NCBI GenBank assembly: GCA_944350225.1
Contig: CALVOH010000002.1
Span: 1-38,592, forward strand
Direction of reading: 5' to 3'
From: an uncultured Clostridia bacterium
GTDB lineage: Bacteria > Bacillota > Clostridia > Christensenellales > UBA1242
Length of the DNA: 38,592 bases
Shown here: positions 8,199-17,256 of the stretch, piece by piece
Numbering within the stretch: the stretch's first letter is position 1
How the letters are laid out: each line of letters starts with the position of its first letter
Notes under the pieces: model-generated
The model's database searches: none
Seen by the model: only the letters and a program-made list of their open reading frames with translations
Told to the model about the DNA's origin: nothing
Program-made: the position numbers and the translations under genes

Positions 8199-8570
8199 TT
8201 AAACCCCGTTGTCAATTCTATCGCATATAACGTCCATAATGTGAACGTTTATATTTGAGGTTTTTATTTCAACCATACTTGAAAGATTGTTTCTTACATT
8301 TTCTTGAATTTTAAATGCTAGTTCTGGTGCGCTTTCCCCGATATATACATCGACATAGACGTCAACCTTTACTGATCCATTTGCGTCAAAGCGAACGACA
8401 ACCCCTTCACCATCTTCATCTTTAAAAAGTCGTTTAAACCACGAAGCTTTGCTTTTAGAAAGTCTTGCAACTCCTTTGATTTCTTTTGTTGCAAGGCTAA
8501 CTATTGATGACAAAATAGCTTTGTCGCAAGTTATCTTTCCACCTTCACCATAAAGTTTTGTGTCTGCCAT
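8199..8570 (-). CDS. Asp23/Gls24-family envelope stress protein (YqhY-like)
   Basis: It contains SSIVSLATKEIKGVARL and VDVYVDVYIGESAPELAFKIQENVRNNLSSMVEIKTSNINVHI. It sits immediately upstream of nusB, as yqhY does in B. subtilis. Confidence 0.85.
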   Translation of the reverse strand: MADTKLYGEGGKITCDKAILSSIVSLATKEIKGVARLSKSKASWFKRLFKDEDGEGVVVRFDANGSVKVDVYVDVYIGESAPELAFKIQENVRNNLSSMVEIKTSNINVHIMDVICDRIDNGV

Positions 8571-8594
8571 AATTATCTCCTAACTTATGAGATT

Positions 8595-8622
8595 ATTATA
8601 ACACATTAAATGACAATTTCAA
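8595..8622 (-). promoter_or_regulatory. Putative sigma-A promoter (TTGAAA - 16 nt - TGtTATAAT) for asp23-nusB-xseAB-proS
   Basis: The minus strand reads TTGAAA (8622..8617), a 16-nt spacer ending in TGT (extended -10), then TATAAT (8600..8595). An AGGAG RBS and the ATG at 8570 follow. Confidence 0.55.
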
Positions 8623-8623
8623 A

Positions 8624-9094
8624 CTATATAACTGGGATAACATCAATATTTTCTAATCCAAGACCGAGATAACTTTCTGCGATCTCTACTATTTGAGCAT
8701 TTTGAGCATCTGTCATTGTTGCTGAATCGATCATAATCGTTACTTTTGTTGGAGCTATTGCGATAACACAATCATCAAAACCTAATCCCTTAATAAGTCC
8801 TTCTACCTTCAATTCTGTGTCCATCTGTGCTATTAAAGCTTCTTTTGCTGTTGTTGCGCTTGCGATTTCCTCAGCCGATGCTGTTTCGCTACTTGCTATT
8901 GCTTCGTAATATAAAAGCATTTGATCTCTTTGCGTTTCCCTATCTTGTCTATAGGCAGCAAAATATGATGTTGTGACTGTTGAACTAACAGGAGTGTCGT
9001 CTACTGAATTGTTTAAAGCTATGTTTAGGTAGCCTGTTACTCCTAAAAGTACTATCATAACTGCGACTATAATAATCTTTGTTCTTTTTTTCAT
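8624..9094 (-). CDS. spoIIIAH: Stage III sporulation protein AH
   Basis: An N-terminal TM segment followed by YFAAYRQDRETQRDQ...KVEGLIKGLGFDDCVIAI..TKVTIMIDSATMTDAQNAQIVEIA, the SpoIIIAH/YscJ-like pattern. It is the last gene of the spoIIIA cluster. Confidence 0.85.
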   Translation of the reverse strand: MKKRTKIIIVAVMIVLLGVTGYLNIALNNSVDDTPVSSTVTTSYFAAYRQDRETQRDQMLLYYEAIASSETASAEEIASATTAKEALIAQMDTELKVEGLIKGLGFDDCVIAIAPTKVTIMIDSATMTDAQNAQIVEIAESYLGLGLENIDVIPVI

Positions 9095-9106
9095 TTTATA
9101 CTCCTT

Positions 9107-9658
9107 TTAAGAACGTGCTAAAATAATTATGTTGTCGTTTGAAACTTCAACAGCTGAATTTATTGCGTTTAATAGGTTGAGTTTTACTGTTATATCATCT
9201 GCACCACTTGCTGTGACCAACACGCCTTTTATAGTTGGGAATATCTCTTGAGTAAGCACCGGTTCGCCATTTACAAGCACAACTGAAGTTGTTGTTTGTG
9301 TGCCAGAGGAAGTTTCTTTTACGCTTTCTTCGGTGGCGTAAACGTATTCAAACCCGTTTTCAAGTGTGATAGCAACGCTCACCTGCCCAGCGCCTTTCAC
9401 CGTTGAAAGAAGATTTTCAAGCTTATTTTCTAGCGAAGAGGCATATTGCTCAGCTGACGATGTTACTGTCGGTTGCTTTTCAGTTTGCTCGTTTGACGAA
9501 CCTTGAAAAGAGAAGTAAATTACAAGTAGAATTACAGCAAACAAGATGGCCAGTCCTATTTGCACTTTCCTATTTGTTTTTAACACTGAAACAAGTTTTT
9601 CAAATTTTTCTGAAAACTTATCTTTCAAAGTGCACCTTCCTTTCTTCGACGTTCGCAT
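9107..9658 (-). CDS. spoIIIAG: Stage III sporulation protein AG
   Basis: One TM segment plus a C-terminal domain (AGQVSVAITLENGFEYVYA...PTIKGVLVTASGADDITVKLNLLNAINSAVEVSNDNIIIL) typical of SpoIIIAG. The start may instead be TTG 9628, which is preceded by AGGAAGGTG and overlaps the AF stop. Confidence 0.85.
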   Translation of the reverse strand: MRTSKKGRCTLKDKFSEKFEKLVSVLKTNRKVQIGLAILFAVILLVIYFSFQGSSNEQTEKQPTVTSSAEQYASSLENKLENLLSTVKGAGQVSVAITLENGFEYVYATEESVKETSSGTQTTTSVVLVNGEPVLTQEIFPTIKGVLVTASGADDITVKLNLLNAINSAVEVSNDNIIILARS

Positions 9659-10118
9659 AAGAGACGATAAGCTTTAAAATCTCCTTTTCGATGTCTATAA
9701 TATTTGTATGTTCGGCTTTGTCCATTATGACTAAATTTGAAAGTTCGACATATATCGCTTCGATAACAAAAGATGTTGAATAATTATTGCATGAAACGTT
9801 TACTTGCACGTTGTCGTATCCGGCTTCGTTTATTGCATTTACCAAATCTTCTTGTAGGGCTTCTGTTTTATAGACATTAAGTTGAAAAAGATAATCTTCT
9901 TGTAACGTAAACTCTTCTTGTGAAATAATCTGTGAGTAATCAAATTTTTTTCCAACAAGTGCAGGTAAAGGTGCGACTATTACAAACACGACTAAAAATG
10001 AAAAGATTGATCTAATATATTTATTAATTGATCCCTCTGGTAAAATAAGCTCGACAATAACTGAGATTATGACTATTCCTGCGATTGACAATATCCAACT
10101 AGATACGGAAGAAAACAT
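9618..10118 (-). CDS. spoIIIAF: Stage III sporulation protein AF
   Basis: WILSIAGIVIISVIVELILPEGSINKYIRSIFSFLVV is a typical SpoIIIAF N-terminus. It occupies the expected position between AE and AG. Confidence 0.85.
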   Translation of the reverse strand: MFSSVSSWILSIAGIVIISVIVELILPEGSINKYIRSIFSFLVVFVIVAPLPALVGKKFDYSQIISQEEFTLQEDYLFQLNVYKTEALQEDLVNAINEAGYDNVQVNVSCNNYSTSFVIEAIYVELSNLVIMDKAEHTNIIDIEKEILKLIVSYANVEERKVHFER

Positions 10119-10127
10119 TTTGCCCTC

Positions 10128-11336
10128 CTATAACAAATTTGCACTACACATTACTAAGCCCGTTAAAAGAGTGTACATAAATGAAACTGCAACTAAAATG
10201 GAAATTAACAAACTCATGTTTTTTGATAGAGTGCTAACAAATGATGCTATTTTTCCATCACCTAGTGGCTCAATAATACCAGCCATAAGTTTTAAAGCTA
10301 ACATAAAAATGACTAGTTCTAAAATTGGAGAAAGAATTGTGCCAGCTAAAAGTAATAGCCCTGTTGCTCCTATAGCGTTTTTTATTAAACTTGAAGAAGC
10401 AAGTAAAATATAAAAACCATCGGATATATAAGAGCCAATAAGTGGCACATAACTTTTTATGGCAAACTTTGCAGTTTTAATAGATAGTCCATCTATGGCT
10501 CCTGCCGTTATTCCCTGAATTGAAGCAAAACCAATAAAAACTGTAAATATAATTCCTACAATCCATTTAAAGAGTGAGTGTATAAATGAAATAAGCTTGT
10601 CAAGTTTTACATTGTTCGAAAGATTTGATACAAGTGCTAGAACTGTTGAAATTAAAAACAAAGGTAAAAGAATTAATGTAAATATGTTTACTATAAAGCT
10701 TGATAATAGAGCCATGGCAGGTTGATACACTGAAACAGAAACGGAGCCTCCTACGGCAGTTAACATGGTCAACAGAATTGGAAAAACTGCGTCCATTTGA
10801 GATTTAATCGAGTTTAGTGTGTTTGAAGTTAAAGTGATCATTCGCATGACGATCGTAAAAATTAAAATTATCACAACACCGTATGTTACAAAATGAATGA
10901 CCGAACCGATAGATTTTTTCCCTAAATTAGGCTTTAAGTTTTGTATCATGCCACCTAAAATAGAGACAGCAACTATGGTCGCAATTAGTGGCAAAAAATT
11001 TAATATACCATCAAAAACTAGATTAAATATAGCTTCCAAAACTGAAGAAGAATCATCTGCGAAGTCTCCATTTATGATTGAAACAAGCTTGTCCAAAAAA
11101 CTCATATCACCAAAAAGTTTTGATGCATTTTCTGAGTCTTGTAAAATTTCTTCCAATTCAGAAAGGTCTAAATCGCCCAGTTGGTCATTTATTGATTGGT
11201 CAAGCTCCTCCTGAATTGAACTATCATCTGTCGTAGCATAGGTGGTTGAATTAGGCGTATTTAAAAAGGCGGAGGTCAAAATTGCTGGTGTAAGCAATAA
11301 GATAAAAATTATAAATAGAACTTTTATTTTTCTCAT
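10128..11336 (-). CDS. spoIIIAE: Stage III sporulation protein AE
   Basis: A 402-aa polytopic membrane protein with a signal peptide and an acidic N-terminal region followed by multiple TM segments. Size, topology and position match SpoIIIAE. Confidence 0.85.
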   Translation of the reverse strand: MRKIKVLFIIFILLLTPAILTSAFLNTPNSTTYATTDDSSIQEELDQSINDQLGDLDLSELEEILQDSENASKLFGDMSFLDKLVSIINGDFADDSSSVLEAIFNLVFDGILNFLPLIATIVAVSILGGMIQNLKPNLGKKSIGSVIHFVTYGVVIILIFTIVMRMITLTSNTLNSIKSQMDAVFPILLTMLTAVGGSVSVSVYQPAMALLSSFIVNIFTLILLPLFLISTVLALVSNLSNNVKLDKLISFIHSLFKWIVGIIFTVFIGFASIQGITAGAIDGLSIKTAKFAIKSYVPLIGSYISDGFYILLASSSLIKNAIGATGLLLLAGTILSPILELVIFMLALKLMAGIIEPLGDGKIASFVSTLSKNMSLLISILVAVSFMYTLLTGLVMCSANLL

Positions 11337-11725
11337 GTTGGCAACAACTCCAATACTATGTTTATGATGCTTGTTACGATTGGTATTGCCATGATAAGAA
11401 TCACTATCTTTCCACCCAACAGTATTTTTTCGCCAAGCCCACTACTACCTGCGTCTGCACATAGACTAGCAGAAAATTCTGCCAAATAACCTACGCCTAT
11501 AATCTTAAAGACCAATGCTAAAAGGTTGCTATTTACACCTGTTCTATCTGCAATTGAAGTTATTAATGAAATTGCGCTAGTTACTGATGACAAAATCATC
11601 ACTAAAATTATTACACCGCCAACAAGTGAAATTATCATAGCAAAATCAGCACGCACAGGTTTTAAAATTAACACTGCGATGCATGTTACTAGTCCTACTC
11701 CAATTATTTTGAAGATGAGTTCCAC
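11333..11725 (-). CDS. spoIIIAD: Stage III sporulation protein AD
   Basis: A small 4-TM protein (ELIFKIIGVGLVTCIAVLILKP...FKIIGVGYLAEFSASLCADAGSSGLGEKI). I chose GTG 11725, 10 nt after AGGAG (11740..11736), giving about 130 aa. The track's TTG 11755 start is also possible. Confidence 0.8.
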   Translation of the reverse strand: MELIFKIIGVGLVTCIAVLILKPVRADFAMIISLVGGVIILVMILSSVTSAISLITSIADRTGVNSNLLALVFKIIGVGYLAEFSASLCADAGSSGLGEKILLGGKIVILIMAIPIVTSIINIVLELLPT

Positions 11726-11751
11726 TTGTTTTACGCTCCTAATTTTAAAAA

Positions 11752-11949
11752 TCAACCAAAATCAAACATCGTCTTTATAGTTCCAAACAAATCACCTATT
11801 AAGGACAGCACCATTACTAAAACGATAACAAGTCCTGCAAGCGTTGCCAAAGTGCCAATTTCATCTTTACCTGTTTGTTTTAAAATCTGAGTTACAACCG
11901 CAGTTAAAATTCCAATAGCAGCGATTTTAAAAATTATTTCAACCCCCAT
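11752..11949 (-). CDS. spoIIIAC: Stage III sporulation protein AC
   Basis: A 65-aa 2-TM protein, MGVEIIFKIAAIGILTAVVTQILKQTGKDEIGTLATLAGLVIVL, a typical SpoIIIAC. Confidence 0.85.
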   Translation of the reverse strand: MGVEIIFKIAAIGILTAVVTQILKQTGKDEIGTLATLAGLVIVLVMVLSLIGDLFGTIKTMFDFG

Positions 11950-11964
11950 ATAACAATGCCCCCT

Positions 11965-12459
11965 CTACAACATTATTACTATTAAAAACAATCCGGCCAC
12001 GATGCCCAATTTAAAACATAACGAGCCATATTTTTTGTTTTCGGTTGAGCATTTTGTAAGCGAGTCGTCAAATCGTTTTGAAAAGTTTGCTATCTCTTTG
12101 CTTTGTCCTAACACGTCGCTTCGACCTAAGGACTTAAAAAACAAAAATATAGTCTCTTTTTCATCGGTCTTTAAAAATGATATATTCTTAAAAAGTTCAG
12201 CTTGTTTTAATTCCAAATTACCTGAAAGATAAGCTAGAAAATTTTTATCTAACCCAAACAGATACTTTTTGTTTTTCTCATCCATATCTTCAATAAGTTT
12301 TTTTAAACGTTCTCTTGAAAAATTTATTTCTACATCAAGTTTTTGAGCAAACATTATAAGTGAGGAATAAAAATTTTGACGTCTTTTATATTTGAGCGAA
12401 AAAAAGTATCCAACACCTACACAAAATGTAAACATGATAGCCATAAAAACCCATTTCAT
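11965..12459 (-). CDS. spoIIIAB: Stage III sporulation protein AB
   Basis: An N-terminal TM segment, a helical cytoplasmic domain and a C-terminal TM segment, in the expected position. I chose ATG 12459, preceded by GGGAGG (12470..12465). The track's ATG 12480 would overlap spoIIIAA. Confidence 0.8.
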   Translation of the reverse strand: MKWVFMAIMFTFCVGVGYFFSLKYKRRQNFYSSLIMFAQKLDVEINFSRERLKKLIEDMDEKNKKYLFGLDKNFLAYLSGNLELKQAELFKNISFLKTDEKETIFLFFKSLGRSDVLGQSKEIANFSKRFDDSLTKCSTENKKYGSLCFKLGIVAGLFLIVIML

Positions 12460-12473
12460 AATTTCCTCCCTAT

Positions 12474-13376
12474 TTACCATCGCATTATGCGAGAAAGATT
12501 TTCATCAAAGACACCTTCTAGTGTTCCGGGGCCTTCGCGCATGGACAGTAAAATAAACCTTTTAAATATTTTTTCTTCCAACAATTCTTTAAAAGCCGGC
12601 TTGCGTGCAAAAGATTCGATGCTATCGGAATGAACCGATGCTATAATTTTTACGCCAGAATTAGAAGCATATTTTACAGCTTCAATATCTTCCCACTCTC
12701 CTAATTCATCGGTGATGATTACGTTTGGTGCGAGTGACCTTATTCCGTTTTCAAAACCTAATTTTTTACTAGAAAAGCTGATTATGTCAGAAAAAATGCC
12801 TAACCCTTTTCCTATATTTAATTCGCCCCTTTCATCTAGCACTAAAATATTGTAAGCGAGATTTCTTTCGGATAATTGCCAAACAAAATCTCGCAAAAAT
12901 GTTGTTTTGCCCGCACCAGGTGGAGAAATGATCAATGAATTGAGTATGCCGGTGTCCTTTACGATGGTTGAAAAAACTTTAAGAGAACAATTTCTAATCT
13001 CATGTGGAATTCTAATATTCACAGATGAAAACGATGTCATCGTCTTTAAAATACCATTTTCTTCAACAACGTTTCCTGCTAGCCCAATTCGAACACCTTC
13101 ACTTGTAACTATATATCCCTTTTTTATCTGTTCGTTTACTGAATATATTGAACATTCGCTTGCCCTGAAAACTATCTCCTCGATCATAGAACGCGAGCAA
13201 AATATGGCTTTGTTTAACTCTTTGCAAGCACCAAAATCACTTAAAAAGAATTTTTGTCCATAGCTAGACAATAGCACAGGCTTGTCTGTTCTAAGCCTGA
13301 TTTCGTTAAGCCTTGAAAATCCAACTTTGTTTGCAAGTGGAATATATATTTGTTCTGGCAGTATACCTTCTAGCAT
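12474..13376 (-). CDS. spoIIIAA: Stage III sporulation protein AA (AAA/secretion-type ATPase)
   Basis: Walker A is ISPPGAGKTTFLRD and Walker B is NVIITDELG. It is the first gene of the operon. I chose ATG 13376, 4 nt after GGAGG (13385..13381), over the track's start at 13436. Confidence 0.88.
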   Translation of the reverse strand: MLEGILPEQIYIPLANKVGFSRLNEIRLRTDKPVLLSSYGQKFFLSDFGACKELNKAIFCSRSMIEEIVFRASECSIYSVNEQIKKGYIVTSEGVRIGLAGNVVEENGILKTMTSFSSVNIRIPHEIRNCSLKVFSTIVKDTGILNSLIISPPGAGKTTFLRDFVWQLSERNLAYNILVLDERGELNIGKGLGIFSDIISFSSKKLGFENGIRSLAPNVIITDELGEWEDIEAVKYASNSGVKIIASVHSDSIESFARKPAFKELLEEKIFKRFILLSMREGPGTLEGVFDENLSRIMRW

Positions 13377-13484
13377 TTTGCCTCCTAGAAATATATATGC
13401 CTGTCCTTTTTTTGTATATGAAAAGCAAACATGCAAATTTTGTCAAAAAGTTTTTATTATTATTTTTTTAAATTTTTTGTCAAC

Positions 13485-13529
13485 ATAATAAAAAAGCTAT
13501 TATGTTATGTTTTCATAACATAATAGCTT
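13485..13529 (-). terminator. Intrinsic terminator after efp (palindrome copy B)
   Basis: The minus strand reads AAGCTATTATGTTATG-AAAA-CATAACATAATAGCTT followed by TTTTATTAT. This is a 16-bp perfect stem (13494..13509 / 13514..13529). Confidence 0.7.
13497..13526. repeat. 30-nt palindromic core, copy B (ctattatgttatgttttcataacataatag)
   Basis: 29/30 identical to 4735..4764. Confidence 0.9.
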
Positions 13530-13595
13530 ATAGTAAATATAGAATACAATTAGAAAATATAATTCACGATAAATAGATTTTATTAATAATAGATT

Positions 13596-14159
13596 TTAAT
13601 TTTTGCAACGTTCCATATAAGATCCGTCACGAGTGTCAATTCTAACTCTATCACCCTGGTTTACAAATAGTGGAACGCTTATTACATAGCCGGTTTCAAG
13701 TTTTGCAGGTTTTGATGCTGATTTTGATGTGTCACCTTGAACAGCAGGTTCGCAATCAACAATCTCTAATTCAACAAATGTTGGTGGATAAACTGCAAAT
13801 GGTGTCCCCTTATAAAAATACATCGTAGTGTTCATATTCTCTACAATGAAGTTTAATGCATCAGCGACTGCTTCTTTGTTCAGTGGAATTTGATCAAATG
13901 TTGTTGTGTCCATGAAATAATATAACTCGCCATCATTGTAAAGATAAGTCATCTCTTTTTTCTCAATAACTGCTGATTGAAATTTGTCAGATGGATTAAA
14001 AGTGTCTTCCTTTACCTGCCCTGTCATAACGTTTTTAATTTTTGCTCTTACAAATGGAGAACCTTTGCCTGGTTTTACGTGTAAAAAATCTATTACAGTG
14101 TAAACTGCTCCGTCCATTTCAAATGTTGTTCCTTTTCTAAATTCGCCTGCTGTAACCAT
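13596..14159 (-). CDS. efp: Elongation factor P
   Basis: [47 protein letters not shown] is canonical EF-P, including the KPGKG loop. I chose ATG 14159, preceded by AAAGGAGAA. The track's upstream extension lacks an RBS. Confidence 0.95.
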   Translation of the reverse strand: MVTAGEFRKGTTFEMDGAVYTVIDFLHVKPGKGSPFVRAKIKNVMTGQVKEDTFNPSDKFQSAVIEKKEMTYLYNDGELYYFMDTTTFDQIPLNKEAVADALNFIVENMNTTMYFYKGTPFAVYPPTFVELEIVDCEPAVQGDTSKSASKPAKLETGYVISVPLFVNQGDRVRIDTRDGSYMERCKN

Positions 14160-14232
14160 TGTTTTCTCCTTTATTTCTGTTAAATATTTATTATGTCGGC
14201 GCAATATGAATGCGCAAAAATCTTACTGTAAT

Positions 14233-14261
14233 ATTGTATCACGATTTTTAATTGTTGCCAA
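14233..14261 (-). promoter_or_regulatory. Putative sigma-A promoter of efp (TTGGCA - 17 nt - TGaTACAAT)
   Basis: The minus strand reads TTGGCA (14261..14256), a 17-nt spacer ending in TGA, then TACAAT (14238..14233). It overlaps the last codons of the upstream gene. Confidence 0.5.
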
Positions 14262-15111
14262 GTAATTTAATGTAATTTTTTTTCATTTCGAATGCATCCT
14301 CTGCCATATGTCCTGAAGATTCGCAAATTATGTGTGGTGTTAAATTTAATTCTATTATAGCTTCTGCTAAAGGCTCAAAATTTGGACCGTATTTGTCATC
14401 ATCAAAATTTAAATGTTTTATTTCACCCTTTTCACCATATTGTATTTTTGAAAAATGAATGTGACAAATTTGTGTTCGTTTTTTTCCTATAAGCTCAATA
14501 GACCTATTAAAAATCTTTAAGTAATCTTCTTTTGTTTTTAGTGAACCCTGTGTCAAAGCGTTGATATGGCCAAAATCGAAGGTTGGCAACAGATGTTCGT
14601 TCTGCGCACAAATTTGTAATACTTCTTCATATGTTCCAATTTGTTTCGATTTACCCATCGTTTCTGGACAAAGATATATTCCATTTAACAAGCCCTGTTG
14701 TTCAAGGTTATTTGCTAGTTCTCCTATTCTGTTTTTTGTAAGTAAAAAAGCTTCTTCCCTTTCCAGATCCCCGGTTGACCCAGGGTGAAAAATCAATCTC
14801 GTTGCTCCAAATGCTTTTAAAAATTTTATCCCTGTTTTTATGTATCCATATGTTTTCCCAAGTAGGTCGTCATCTAATGATGCAAAATTTACAAAATATG
14901 GTGCATGTAAAGATACTTCAATGCCATTTTTTTTAAATTCTTCTCCTAATTTTTGGGCCGTTTCGATGGTCATTCTATATCCTCGACCAAATGAATATTC
15001 ATAGATGTCAAGGTTTTTGTTTTTTAGCCATTTTCCTGCTTGCAATGTGCTTTCATTGCCTTCCAAGTAAAAGGACTCACTGTTTCCCGAAGGGCCGAAC
15101 AAAGCTTTCAT
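14248..15111 (-). CDS. Endonuclease IV (Nfo)-like / AP endonuclease family 2 TIM-barrel protein
   Basis: Its metal-ligand-like motifs appear in Nfo order: SLHAPYFVNFAS, LIFHPGS, CPETMGKSKQIG, FDFGHINA, HIHFSKI...KHL. Assignment is at family level only; substrate specificity is not inferable. Confidence 0.6.
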   Translation of the reverse strand: MKALFGPSGNSESFYLEGNESTLQAGKWLKNKNLDIYEYSFGRGYRMTIETAQKLGEEFKKNGIEVSLHAPYFVNFASLDDDLLGKTYGYIKTGIKFLKAFGATRLIFHPGSTGDLEREEAFLLTKNRIGELANNLEQQGLLNGIYLCPETMGKSKQIGTYEEVLQICAQNEHLLPTFDFGHINALTQGSLKTKEDYLKIFNRSIELIGKKRTQICHIHFSKIQYGEKGEIKHLNFDDDKYGPNFEPLAEAIIELNLTPHIICESSGHMAEDAFEMKKNYIKLLGNN

Positions 15112-15121
15112 AATGAAACTC

Positions 15122-15916
15122 CTAGTTTAATCTTAATTCTAATTTTAAATTATTGTTTTCAACATTGCCAATACCTAAAAATGCTTCATCATACAGTTTG
15201 TATTTGCCGTCTTTAAGATTTATTTTGATTAAAGCGCCATTTAACAATTTTAGACTATCTTTAAGATCTAAATTAATTGTCGGGTAATCAAATAGAACGT
15301 CGGGTTTGATAATTTTGTATTTGCCATTTTTAATCTCTTCGAGCGTAAAAGCATCTTTTAATAGAAAAGCACCACATCTTGTCCTTATAATGTCGTAGCA
15401 TACGGCATATGTTGAAAAATCATTTGCCAAATCACGCGCTATTGCTCGAATATAAGTGCCCGAAGAACAGCTTATTTCTAATTCAAAAAAGTTTGCGTTT
15501 AATTGTCTAAGCAATTTGATGTCATAAACTTTTATTTTTTTAGGTGGCAGTAAAATGTCTTCGCCCCTCAATGCAAGTTTGTATGCTCGCATACCGTTGA
15601 TCTTTTTTGCAGAAAAATTTGGTGGTGTTTGATTTTGTTCTACTTTACTTTCTAGATCGAACGTATCGCTTTTTTCACCAAATTTAATTTTTGTTGTGTA
15701 GGTTTTGTCTTTATTTAAAAAAATGTCAAAAAGTTTTGTTGATGAATTTAGTGTTATAGGTAAAAGCCCCTCAGCTTCTTTATCTAGCGTGCCAAGATGC
15801 CCTGCTTTTTTAACGTCTAAAACGCGTCTAACAATATTTACAACTGAAAATGATGACAAGCCCCTTGGCTTGTTTATTAATATTATACCACTTTCGTTGT
15901 TTGTGTATTTTGACAA
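15122..15916 (-). CDS. truB: tRNA pseudouridine(55) synthase TruB
   Basis: It contains GIILINKPRGLSSFSVVNIVRRVL..KKAGHLGTLD (catalytic Asp), QTPPNFSAKKINGMRAYKLA and SSGTYIRAIARDL. At 264 aa it is somewhat short, with a compact segment before the Q.PP motif. Confidence 0.9.
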   Translation of the reverse strand: MSKYTNNESGIILINKPRGLSSFSVVNIVRRVLDVKKAGHLGTLDKEAEGLLPITLNSSTKLFDIFLNKDKTYTTKIKFGEKSDTFDLESKVEQNQTPPNFSAKKINGMRAYKLALRGEDILLPPKKIKVYDIKLLRQLNANFFELEISCSSGTYIRAIARDLANDFSTYAVCYDIIRTRCGAFLLKDAFTLEEIKNGKYKIIKPDVLFDYPTINLDLKDSLKLLNGALIKINLKDGKYKLYDEAFLGIGNVENNNLKLELRLN

Positions 15917-15938
15917 TATTTTCTCCTTAAAGTGTTGT

Positions 15939-16886
15939 CTATTTGTATAATTTTCTTATCACATTTAAAATTTTTTTTGTCACCTTTTTTCTACTGCCTC
16001 GTATGATACACCCAGATGCCATCATGTGTCCACCACCACCAAAATTTTCTGCTACTAGACAAGCGTTATAACCTGTTTTTGATCTTAAACTGCATTTATA
16101 GGTGTTTTTGTCATACTGTTTGAGTAAACAAGAAATATTAATATTGTCTAAATAAATAAGATCATTTGCATAGTCAATTTTGTTTTGATTTAATCCATAT
16201 TTTTTTAAATCTTTTAATTTTACATATGAAATTGCTATGTCATTGTCATATGTTTTTAAGCGTTGAAAAACCAGTGCCCTTATTTTTTCTGCCGTTAATG
16301 ACTTTGTTTTAAATAAAAAGTTATTAACTTTTTCTGTGTCAGCTCCATATTTAACAAGTTTTAAAGCATTTTCATATGTTTTAAGATTTACATTGCTTGT
16401 TATAAACCTATCTGTGTCACTTGCTATTCCCGCATATAAATATGTTGCTGAAGTACTACTAGGTTTTGCACCCATTTTTTCAATTAAATTTAACACCACT
16501 TCCGATGCAGAAGAAAATTCTTCAACGATCTCTATTGTTGCGATGTTAAAGTAGCCCTTATGGTGATCTAATCTCAATGTGTTTTGGTGAGTTTTAAAAT
16601 AATTTGCATATTTTCCAATTCTTTCAATGTCGCTTGAATCTGTTAATATGCACAAATCATATGTTTTTAAATCAGTGCTGAATAGTGATTTATCAAAGAT
16701 TTGCGCATCTGTGTTATTGATATTGTCATCTAAAAAGATATCAACATCTTTATCTATTGATTTTAAAAAATCATAAAGGCCAAACATCGACCCTAATGCG
16801 TCACAATCATATGAGATGTGAGAAAATAAGGCAATAGATTTTGCCGAGTTTATCATGGAAATGGCTTTTTTATAATTATTCGTCAT
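15939..16886 (-). CDS. nrnA: DHH-family phosphoesterase (NrnA-type oligoribonuclease / pAp phosphatase)
   Basis: DHH motifs are HISYDCDALGS, DSSD and RLDHHKG. The DHHA1 motif is GGGGHMMASG. Confidence 0.8.
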   Translation of the reverse strand: MTNNYKKAISMINSAKSIALFSHISYDCDALGSMFGLYDFLKSIDKDVDIFLDDNINNTDAQIFDKSLFSTDLKTYDLCILTDSSDIERIGKYANYFKTHQNTLRLDHHKGYFNIATIEIVEEFSSASEVVLNLIEKMGAKPSSTSATYLYAGIASDTDRFITSNVNLKTYENALKLVKYGADTEKVNNFLFKTKSLTAEKIRALVFQRLKTYDNDIAISYVKLKDLKKYGLNQNKIDYANDLIYLDNINISCLLKQYDKNTYKCSLRSKTGYNACLVAENFGGGGHMMASGCIIRGSRKKVTKKILNVIRKLYK

Positions 16887-17253
16887 CTTCCCCTTCCTTT
16901 TCTATTGGAGGAATGTTTAATTTTTTTAGCAGTTCGTCAACTCTCACGGCATTTTGAAGATTTTTATCAAATATGAATTCTAATTTAGGCACATGAGGCA
17001 TATCAAGCATTTCACTCAATTTGTGCTTTAAAAAGCCTTCCGAGTTTTTTAAAACATTTAATACTTTTTCTGATCTATCATATTTTCCATCAGTAAAAGC
17101 GATTTTGACTTTGCAATGACGAAAGTCTGGCGAAACTTCAACCTTGCTTACGCCAACAAAATCATCTATTCTTGGGTCGTTCATTTGCAAGTGAATTATT
17201 TGTTGCAATGCTTTTTGAATTTGCGAATTTGCTCTTTCTATTCTTGTTGACAT
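16876..17253 (-). CDS. rbfA: Ribosome-binding factor A
   Basis: RIERANSQIQKALQQIIHLQMNDPRI..VGVSKVEVSPDFRHCKV is RbfA-like. It lies directly downstream of infB. Confidence 0.92.
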   Translation of the reverse strand: MSTRIERANSQIQKALQQIIHLQMNDPRIDDFVGVSKVEVSPDFRHCKVKIAFTDGKYDRSEKVLNVLKNSEGFLKHKLSEMLDMPHVPKLEFIFDKNLQNAVRVDELLKKLNIPPIEKEGEDDE

Positions 17254-17256
17254 ATT

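Noticed and set aside
13377-13490. Sigma-E-type sporulation promoter for spoIIIA
   Set aside because: Only loose CATATACA/CATATATA strings are present, with no convincing -35 partner at proper spacing. In DNA this AT-rich such matches are expected by chance, so I did not annotate it.
14180-14215. Hairpin GCGCA-ttcatat-TGCGC in the efp 5' UTR
   Set aside because: It has a 5-bp stem and no U-tract, and I know of no regulatory motif it matches. I noted it but cannot support it as a feature.
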